Source: Eledone cirrhosa
Taxonomy: Eukaryota
Assembly: GCA_964016885.1 (NCBI GenBank)
Contig: OZ024742.1
Span: 9,610,001 to 9,674,000 of the forward strand
Reading direction: 5' to 3'
Length of the DNA: 64,000 nt
Shown: positions 27,869 to 37,209 of the stretch, in pieces
How positions within the stretch are numbered: position 1 is the first letter of the stretch
How the letters are laid out: every line of letters starts with the position of its first letter
Notes under the pieces: generated by a model
Database searches by the model: none
What the model was told of the DNA's origin: nothing
What the model saw: the letters and a program-made list of their open reading frames with translations, nothing else
Position numbers and translations under genes: made by a program

Positions 27869-30800
27869 ATGGCTTTCTTAAGAGTAGGTTGTCTAAATGC
27901 GCGTGGCCTGGGCTCACCTTGGAAGCAAGCTAAACTTCTAAGTGACCTCAGGTCACAATGTGTAAATGTGATGGTTATTTGCGAGGCCCGGATCAGCAGC
28001 ATGCGACAGCTAACCCCCACCTTTGATGACTTTGAGATGCACGCATCTCTCTGTCAGCCCGGAGGTGGGGGTGGGGTTGTCGTTCTGCTGCAAAAACATC
28101 TGGGTCTCGCTACACAGACGGTACACTTGGACCCGGAGGGTCGACTCGTGGTTCTGGACCTTGGCAATGGCGAAGGCGAAGCTTTTAGGCTTGTCGCCGT
28201 ATACGCCCCTTTTGGGGCAATGCGGTCGGACTTCTTCCATCGTCTGGAGACTTTTCTAGGGACGTCCCGCTCCTTGCTTTTAGTGGGGGACTGGAATGGT
28301 ATCCTAGATGCACGTTGGGACTATGTAGGGGCATGTCCCGATAGAGGGGGGTGTAACAGCCTTAAGGGGTTAATCGGCCGATTCGACCTGGCCGATAGAT
28401 ACCGACTAGATTTTCCGACTGTACCAACCTGGACCTGGTCAAATAACAGTGGTCAATCTAGATCGTACCTAGATAGGTTCTTAGTTAGAATTAAGGATAG
28501 GGACTTTTTAAGTTGTCCAGAAATGCTCATGGTGGGCTATTCAGACCACAAGTTAGTGACCTGCGTAGTCCACCTTGATAGAACGCATAGGCAGGGGCCC
28601 GGTTACTGGAAGCTCAACTTGTCCTTACCGGCAAGTAGAGCTTACAGGGACCGGATTAGAACCTTAGTTAAGGAGCAGTTGACGGGCGCCATCGTCAACA
28701 ACAGGTGGTGGGGCTCTCTAAAAAGAGAGATTAGAGTAGTTTCAATAGGAGTTAGTAAGGAGTTAGCCTCAGATAGAAATAGGAACGGTCTTGAACCAGT
28801 TCTTCGACGCGAAACACGAAGGCTGCGTTGTCCGAAGCAAAATACGTGCTCTGGGAAACGAGGGGACCAAAGCTGTTAGCTGGGCCCGCGTGACAGAAGC
28901 GAAAAGTGGGATTAAATCCACTATCCGGTCTTTGCGAGACCAGGATGGACGGCTGATCCTTGAACCTAAGCAAATGTGCGAGGCCTTTCAAAGGCACTTT
29001 GCCCAATTGTTCGGGAGGGGCGGGGAGCCGGTTGGAGATATGGATTTCGGTCCATACCTCGACGGCCTGCCGCGTCTTTCGGACAGGGAGGCGAAGTCCT
29101 GCGACGGGCCGATCTCAGCGGCTGAAATAGGGGACGTGCTGAGCCTATGCGGCAAACGCAAATCTCCAGGACTCGATGGTCTGCCCTACGAACTATATAT
29201 TAATATGCCGGACTTGTTCCCCGATCTCCTCGAGGCGGTCTACTGCAACTGGCAACAGAACGGGAGAATTCCCTGTTCTGTGACCAAGGGCGTAGTCTCG
29301 CTAGTGAGGAAGGACGAGAACAAGGGGGATGACATTAGTAATTTTAGGCCCATAACTCTGCTAAATGCAGAGTTAAAGATTTTGGCGAAGGTGTTAGCGA
29401 AGAGGTTGGCGCTTGTCGTGGGGGGCCTCGTGGGAGATGCGCAGACATGCGCTATCCCGTCCAGGTCCATCCACGACAACCTCCACCTCATGCGATACAT
29501 CATAGAGAGGGTTGGGAACGAACCCGGCTTTGGTGGGGCCCTGATAAATTTAGATCAGTCTAAAGCGTTCGATAGGGTGGACCATGGTTACCTGGATGCG
29601 GTGCTAGCGGCGGCTGGGTTCGGACCCGTTTTCAGGGGCTGGATCACTGCCATGCACAGCAGCCGCATCTGCTCTAGAGTCAAGGTGAACGGCTACCTTT
29701 CGGAGCCGTTCGAAATCACCCGCTCCATCCGACAGGGGTGCCCTCTCTCCTCCCTTCTGTATGTGTTGACTCTCGAGCCATTACTGCGGAAGTTGGAGTT
29801 GTTGCAGGGCATCCCTTTGGAACCGGGATTGCGCAAAGCGGTGTCGGCCTACGCCGATGACGTAACAGTAATGGTGTCGACCGCCTCGGAAATCGAGGCA
29901 ATCGGCACCTTACTAGAGGAGTACGAAAGGTTGACAGGGGCTAAGCTGAACCGGGACAAGTCAGTCGCTTTGCAACTCGGCGAGTGGAGGGGCAAAGCGA
30001 TGTCGTGCGACGGTATCGTCGGACGGTGGACGGAGGGCCCGGTGAAGTTGCTTGGGGTCTGGTTCGGACCGGACCTCCAGGTGGAGAAAAACTGGGGTGA
30101 GGTGACGAATAGGGTGTTTGCACTGACCCAGAAGTGGGCCGAGTGCAAACTATCCCTAAAAGGTCGGGCGGAGGTGGCGAACGCTTACATAGCGTCCGTC
30201 ATCTATTACCGCTTGACTGTCGTGCCTTGCCTGGGTGAGATCCTCGCCAAAATGGAGCGCGCCCTCTTTTATTTCCTTTGGAAGAAGAGGTCTCCTCTAG
30301 TGAGGAGATCCATCTGCTGTCAACACCCTTTGAAAGGAGGGCTGGGGATGCCGTGGCTAAAAATGCGTAAACACGCATTGAGGCTAAGGCACCTCCACGT
30401 ATTCCTCACCGGTCAACCGGTGTGGGCCCCGTTTGTGAGGCGAGCCTTCCCGAGGCTCGTCTCGCTCACCGAGCTGCAGTCCTGGGTGAAGCAAAGACCG
30501 AGAAAACTGGGCGACTGGCACACCGAGTGTGCCCAGGCGCTCACGGCTCTCTGGCAGGCGGACCCGGCTATCGACGGAGACTCCACCTCGTCATTCTATA
30601 GAGGGCTGGTGGTTAGCGGGTGCGACGACGCCCTCGGAGAAGCCCTAGGCATGGAGGAGGACGAACTGGCCAGTCTATTCGGTAGGACTTTTGGCCCGGG
30701 ACCTATGGACAACTTCCAGAAGTCCTTGGCCTGGCAGTGCTACCGAGGGGCTCTGCCCGTTCGGGATAAGCTCTACCGACACGGGCGCCCGGGTAGGGAC

Positions 30801-31232
30801 CCCTCGAAAAAGATCTGTCCCAGATGCGTGCGCGACGAGGAAACCGTCGCGCACGCATTGGTGCACTGCCCGGGCGTTGTCGATCTGTGGGGCTATGTTG
30901 AACAACTGCTGTCACGGGTGGGACCAATTAGGTTGACCACCGAGTCCATTGTAACGATCAAGCCGCCTCCCCCCTTCAAAAATGAAGGAGAGGCGGTCTT
31001 CCTCTGTGTAATAGCCATGGTAAAAGAGGCTATATGGTGGACGCGTCTGAAAGGGCTGAGGTCGGACACCTTTCTCTCCGGCCAACAACTGGTCCTTTTC
31101 TTCCGATACCATTTCGGAAGAAGGATCAGGATGGAGAGAGAGTTGCTCCACCCCAGCCAGTTTTATGAAAGGTGGGTGAAAGTTGCGAGAATGGCCTGTG
31201 TGAATGGGCCTTCTCTCTACCTCAGCCTGTAG
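27869..31232 (+). pseudogene. LINE ORF2 (AP endonuclease + reverse transcriptase + C-terminal Zn finger), one frameshift near 28790
   Basis: APE motifs LNARG, VYAP, GDWN, YLDRF, SDH. RT motifs KSPGLDG, FRPITLLN, DQSKAFDRV, RQGCPLS, YADD. C-terminal CPRC..ETVAHALVHC. Split into ORFs 27869-28879 and 28791-31232. Confidence 0.95.
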
Positions 31233-31809
31233 CTGGAACAGAAAGGAGGGAGCACCCTCTCTTTGTGCTCCCGTGGAGAAGGGTCGCACACTTTTTTCGG
31301 GGGTGTGTGTGACCCCAAAACGATCCCTCCCTATTGAGGACCTTCTTGTTATTATTTTGTTTGTTATATTTTTCTTACTCGATTTTTATGTAAACTCCCC
31401 CCACCCATGTACATGTCCCTTTCTTTTGTGCCCTAGTGGCAAATAAACAGAAATTTGTCTGAGTGTGAGTGTTTGTGTGTATGTCTGTCTGTCTGTCTGT
31501 CTGTATGGCTGTCTGAGTATGAGTGTTTGTGTGTATGTCTAGGCATATATTTTGCCAATTCATATCAGCGAAAGAATAAAAAGTGCATTTACTTCCAAAT
31601 GTGATATTTGTTCTGCCAATTATGATAGATAATCCCTTGTTACTTCTGTTGTCAGTAAATCGGTGTGTATATATATGAACATACACTTATGAAAATAACT
31701 TATAAATGTGAGTGAAGACTCTTGATGACGGAAAAAGGAGCTACTATCATCCGCTACAAGGACTCGAACACCGTATCTACCTGATACCGGATAGGTGTAC
31801 CATTACACA

Positions 31810-31887
<78 letters not shown>

Positions 31888-31918
31888 GAAGTGGTTACAC
31901 AACAGTTAGTTCACCATA

Positions 31919-31958
31919 CCGAGAACAATTGTTTCACCTTCGCGGATCTTCAGCTCGG
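31919..31958 (-). ncRNA. Type I hammerhead ribozyme
   Basis: Reverse complement of 33840-33879. Confidence 0.85.
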
Positions 31959-32141
31959 GATGTGTATGGTTATAGGAACAGGAAGGACAACCGTACGAAC
32001 GCGCATGTGCAGAAACTCGGTCACTTCACACAGGCAATAGTAGACTGCGTGCGGGGGGTGTAAGGGAGATAACTGCGAAAGTCCGGAAAGTTTTTTGGTT
32101 GAAAATAAAATAAAAAAAATTAAAAATAAAATTAAAAAGAA

Positions 32142-33384
32142 TCAGTCCGAAGCCTTGTAGTTATGCAATAGATGTTTGGTCACGTGTGGACAACGTGTGA
32201 AAAATTCACTTCTCGTGTTTAGGCAATCACTATTGCGTAATCTCTTTAGGATAGTTATTCGTTCGTCAATATATAAGCCACACGTCGGATTTCCCCTTCC
32301 TTGGACTTAGTGATGGCTTTCCATTGAATGGAGTACCCTATACTTGAGTCCTTGAGGGACCATACGTGGCTCGCGAGTTTCGTGGATGAACGTCTGTCCG
32401 GGTATCTGAAGGTAGACTGGTGGTTCAGGTAACGTCCTTGAATCGGCCCTCCGCCTAGCCCAAATAGGATTTGACCTCCTGTGGTTCGTTTGGTCGGTTG
32501 GAAGTGACCAGAGCTTCATACATTACAGCTGGTGTGTTGCATTGTTGTTGAAGGGGGCAAGCTTCAGGCTTACGGCAAGAGCACCCTGGTGGGGTGTTGC
32601 TCCTAGGGATGCTGGTGATGTGGGCATTCATGTTCTTAGCGCAGGAGTATCCTAGTTTAACTTTGTGTCGGTTAAACATGGAGCGGTATTTATGACCTAT
32701 GGGCAAGTGTCTATCTAAGAGGGCTAGAAGTTTTTTTCTACATTGGTTTTAACGTTGAGTGACAAGGGAGGAGAGAACCAAATAGATTGTCTATGGATGC
32801 GCATACTTTTCTTAATGGTGTTGTTGCTAGTTGGAGAGTAGGTGATAGGTTGTGAGAAGCCGCTGTTAGCCAACGCCGTGTTATAGTAGGGTGCCGCGGT
32901 GTCAAAGATAGCCTTATTAGAGAGAGGTTTGAGATTCTAGTACTGATATTCTTAACGAAATTTCTAAAAACAGTGGGAAGCTGGTATGAGTCCTTGTGAA
33001 TGTAATTAAGTTTCTCGTTTAGCTTATGGAAGGGTGTGGGTGTGTGTGCGAAGGTCTAAATTAATGTCTAAGAAATCTAAGCTAGAGAGGTTGGTGTCTA
33101 CTGTTATACTAAGTCCTAACTCATTGAAGGTAGAAGCTAAGTCTTTTTTAAACCGGTCGAGGTCGTGACCACTTTTATGGCTCGATAAAGTCAGTCCATC
33201 GTCACGGTATATTTCCGTGTGGAAGGAAGTCCGGGAATCTAACACGTAATATGTCTAAGATAAAAAGGCAAACCAAGTCACATATGTCAGCACTGTCAAA
33301 CGATCCCATGGAGACGTCGAACAGGTCTGAAGATGTAGACTTCTTTTCCCAGGCTACTCCGTCGTTGAAGAGGAGGGTTTTCCT
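32142..33384 (-). pseudogene. Naiad-like PLE RT C-terminal half + GIY-YIG endonuclease, disrupted
   Basis: FDVSMGSFDSADICDLV, YRDDGL, FLDINLDL, KLGYSC, CSCRKPEACPL, VMYEA..SYLG, LNTRSEFFTRCPH. Confidence 0.9.
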
Positions 33385-33839
33385 GAACCACCAGTCTACC
33401 TTTAGATACCCGAACAGACGTTCATCCACGAAACTCGCGATCCACGTATAGTCCCTCAAGGACTCAAGTATAGGGTACTCCATTCAATGGAAACCCATCA
33501 CTAAGTCCAAGCCATACGCTTATGTATTGACGAACCAATAACTATCCTAAAGAGATTACGCAATAGTGATTGCCTAAACACGAGAAGTGAATTTTTCACA
33601 CGTTGTCCACACGTCACCAAACATCTATTGCATAACTACAAGGCTCCGGACTGATTCTTTGTGTAATTTTATTTTTAATTTTTTTTATTTTATTTTCAAA
33701 CAAAAAACTTTCCGGACTTTCGCAGTTATCTCCCTTACACCCCCCGCACGCAGTCTACTATTGCCTGTGTGAAGTGACCGAGTTTCTGCACATGCGCGTT
33801 CGTACGGTTGTCCTTCCTGTTCCTATAACCATACACATC

Positions 33840-33879
33840 CCGAGCTGAAGATCCGCGAAGGTGAAACAATTGTTCTCGG
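33840..33879 (+). ncRNA. Type I hammerhead ribozyme
   Basis: Stem I CCGAG/CTCGG, core CTGAAGA, short stem II, GAAA, palindromic stem III CAATTG, GUU cleavage triplet. Confidence 0.85.
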
Positions 33880-33957
33880 TATGATGAACTAACTATTGTG
33901 TAACCACTTTTACCTAACTCGTCCCTTGGACTGAGTGCTCTACCACTATATATATAT

Positions 33958-34165
33958 AACAAAGGAATTGTGGTTAGGGACCAGATGGACCATAGAGGCA
34001 CCAGAGTACTCAATACTTAGGGTAGTAGAGTGGGAAATAGGAAAAAGTATGACCCCGACGGCAGAGCTCAAGCCGTTTCGACGGCTATTTCTGGAGTCCA
34101 GATTTTGAGTCCAGAAATAGTCGTCGAAACGGCTTGAGCTCTGCTGTCGGGGTCATACTTTTTCC

Positions 34166-34167
<2 letters not shown>
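33958..34167. mobile_element. Small fold-back element, copy 1
   Basis: ~60-bp inverted arms 34037-34167; the left extension is homologous, inverted, to 35150-35233. Confidence 0.75.
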
Positions 34168-34198
<31 letters not shown>

Positions 34199-34246
34199 AA
34201 ATGTGTAATTCAAACATGTTAAAGATGGCTTCGTTTGTTCTAATTC

Positions 34247-34301
34247 ACTGCTATATATATTTCAGTGACAGCCATTATTGGCTGTGACCTCATCAGGCAG
34301 T
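34247..34301 (-). ncRNA. Type I hammerhead ribozyme in a probable pLTR fragment
   Basis: Minus strand: ACTGC, CTGATGA, GGTCACAGCCA-ATAA-TGGCTGTCACT, GAAA, TATATA, TA, GCAGT. Confidence 0.85.
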
Positions 34302-34571
34302 AAGAATTAATGTAGAAAAAACAGGTAAACATGGTGTTGTAATGTGTTCCACTCTGTTAATTCATCGATATGTCCAGCTCCTGGGTGTGCTGTTAGTCCT
34401 CCGAGGAACTGAAATCATAACATACACATTTTGTTTTACATTACTCCGGAGTAAACAAACCAACTTGCATACTTCGTCGAGTGCTCCAACCTGCATACTG
34501 AGGTATCGGTAAACAACCATCATACCCTCAAATATATATATATATACTATATATATATATACATATATACA

Positions 34572-34616
<45 letters not shown>

Positions 34617-35054
34617 AATATAGTGTCATGATGTCGTAACGCAGACATCAGACATACAGACTGATATTATAAGGGCGCGACCTTATAGCTACGTATCTAT
34701 CTAAAAAGACAGACTACGAAAGACAGAGAGATCGCTGACCGGTGTCTAATACGGTCCCTATGGCATTGAAAATTTGAAATATTCTTTGCTCAAAACACTC
34801 ACAAGATCATAAGTATTACATGTGTAAAGTTTGAAAAAAACATCGGTTTGGTGGTTCTCTAGTTTTAGTGAGTCAGACAGACAGACATTCTCTGTAGTAG
34901 ATATATAGATAATATCAAATAAAAGAGAACATTTTCGCCCTACATGGCTGAATACAATAAATGTAAACTGAGTTTTCAAATATAAATAATAATATTCGAT
35001 TCGTTTGCAATTGTGCGAACATCCTCAATTTTATAGACATGTCAGTAGAATGAA

Positions 35055-35231
35055 CCCGACGGCAGAGCTCAAGCCGTTTCGACAGCTATTTCTGGACTGA
35101 AATAGCTGTCGAAACGGCTCGTGCTCTGCTGTTGCGGTTCTGACTATTTTCCTATTACCCACTCTACTACCCAAAGTAACGAGTACTTTGGTGCGTTATG
35201 GTCCACTTGGTTCCTTACCACACTTCCTTCG

Positions 35232-35233
<2 letters not shown>
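35055..35233. mobile_element. Small fold-back element, copy 2 (opposite orientation)
   Basis: Hairpin CGTTTCGACAGCTATTTC-tggact-GAAATAGCTGTCGAAACG; homologous to copy 1. Confidence 0.75.
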
Positions 35234-35267
<34 letters not shown>

Positions 35268-35439
35268 CAAAGAAAATCTTCGCTCTACATGGCTGAATAC
35301 AATAAATGTAATCTGAGTTTTTCGAATATTAATAATAACATTCGACTCGTTTGCAATTATGCAAACAAGCCTCAATTGTATAGCCATGTGAGTAGAATGA
35401 ACATTTCATTCTTGCTCTTGTGTTGGCATGTGAACAGAA

Positions 35440-35483
35440 CTACAGACACTAATGTTTCTGGGTATCATCCTTCATCAGTACAG
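35440..35483 (-). ncRNA. Probable type I hammerhead ribozyme
   Basis: Minus strand: CTGTA, CTGATGA, weak stem II, GAAA, CATTAGTG, TC, TGTAG (GUC triplet; stem I has G-U pairs). Confidence 0.65.
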
Positions 35484-36026
35484 CTCACTGATCACCTGCC
35501 AAACTGTCAGAGCTAGTGAAAATATATGCTATTTTCAAAAATACACGGTGACTGATCGGCCTGATTTGCATGTTAGCAGACTGGCTGATCAGTCAGATCT
35601 GCATATTAGCAGATCCACTGATCAACCAGATTTGCATATCAGCAGACTGGCCAGTCAGTTTCCTATATACGAGCGATAAATGGCCGGCTTTGCCAAATAT
35701 CATATAATTGTTTCTACATTTGGCACAAAGCCAGCAATTAACCAGTATATTACTGGTACTTTATTTTATCGATATAACCGATAAGTTGTTGCAAATTCTT
35801 CTCCTATCAATTAACAACTGGCAGAGTATCTGGGCGTTGTGAGTTAAATATATGTCTTGTTGACAAGAAACGAAATGTTGATCACCTGACCTGGAAATCA
35901 GACATTATATTAACTGCCACATGTACACATAAATGTATATGAAAGCTTATTCCTCGCGAATGCACTACAATATTTACACAAATTGAAATAATCACACATT
36001 GTCACATATATGTGTGCAAACATCCT

Positions 36027-36122
<96 letters not shown>

Positions 36123-36410
36123 CATTTGTTGATGTATATATATATATATATATATATACATATATAAACAAATGCATAGACACATGCTTTTCGTAAGATG
36201 ATACATGTATATGTAGTTGAAAGCTGATAATAGGTGAAGACACATTATAAAAACTACTCTCTCTATACGGAATCAATTTGACATAGTCAGACATACCGAG
36301 CCATATATAGAGATTTAGCTGCTTTCGCATTGTGTAAGCCACTTATTCTACCGTTACACACACATTTACACATGAGAAGAGAAGTGCATGTAACGGGGTA
36401 TTATTTGGTT

Positions 36411-36590
36411 TGGCAGTATCGGTAGAGTGTCGGACGCCATGCTTTGACGCAAAGAGTTACGTCCCTTTCCATTCTGAGTTCAAATCCCGCCGAGGTTAAC
36501 TTTGCCTTTCATCCTTACGGGGTCGATAAAATAAAGTACCAGTAATACACTGGATAATTGCTGGCCTTGTGCCAAACGTAGCAACAATTA
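36411..36590 (+). mobile_element. tRNA-derived SINE (octopus OK/OR-like)
   Basis: Head TGGCAGTATCGG, B-box GAGTTCAAATCC, body ACTTTGCCTTTCATCCTTACGGGGTCGATAAAATAAAGTACCAG, tail GCTGGCCTTGTGCCAAA. Confidence 0.75.
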
Positions 36591-36633
36591 TATGTATGTA
36601 TGTAGTATTATACACAAATACACAGACACATTA

Positions 36634-36664
<31 letters not shown>

Positions 36665-36671
36665 TGTTATA

Positions 36672-36728
<57 letters not shown>

Positions 36729-36931
36729 ATACTTGGGGAGGGTCATATTTGTGTAATATTGCCAGAATTAATAACAGAACACACTCACTGTTCGGTTGGT
36801 TTTCGCTTCTCGCTTCTTCGTCTTTTATATCGGTAATCTAACTTACTCCTTCCTCAATGTTGCCATTGACTGACCGACGGTCAAAAATAATACAGATACA
36901 ATAAAGACACAAACACATATATATAGTTTAT

Positions 36932-36964
36932 CATAAATCTTTCGCTGCAACATCGTCAGTGGTG
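36932..36964 (-). ncRNA. Hammerhead motif with shortened stem II (family A pLTR)
   Basis: CTGACGA-TGTTGCAGC-GAAA; deletion relative to the 63841 copy. Confidence 0.5.
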
Positions 36965-37209
36965 CTATCTTTTCCTCCTGTCTACGCCATTTTTATTCAG
37001 TCTGTCTATATATTTATTTATTTATTTGCTTCTTTGTTTATTTTATTTTGTCTTCTTTGCGCATGCGTTTGCGTGTGTGTATAGTGTTTTGTTTGCTGTG
37101 TGATGGGTGACTAGTGTGTGTTTATGTGCTTGTTGTTATTGTGCTTGTGTATGTATTTATTTATTTATTTATTTATTTATTTTATTTTATTTACTTATTT
37201 ATACTTCTC

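Larger units (their letters stand above)
25920..31455 (+). mobile_element. Full-length Tx1/L1-clade LINE
   Basis: 5'UTR, ORF1 with CCHC, ORF2 with APE-RT-Zn finger, AATAAA at the 3' end; candidate TSD TGTCTGAG at 25912-25919 and 31456-31463. Confidence 0.95.
31889..33946 (-). mobile_element. 5'-truncated Naiad-like PLE with inverted 5' copy of its 3' end
   Basis: 31889-32429 and 33382-33909 are inverted repeats; RT/GIY-YIG remnant on the minus strand; (TA)n on both flanks. Confidence 0.9.

Noticed and set aside
31735-31802. tRNA-like B-box GTTCGAGTCC on minus strand
   Set aside because: No cloverleaf; at most a SINE scrap
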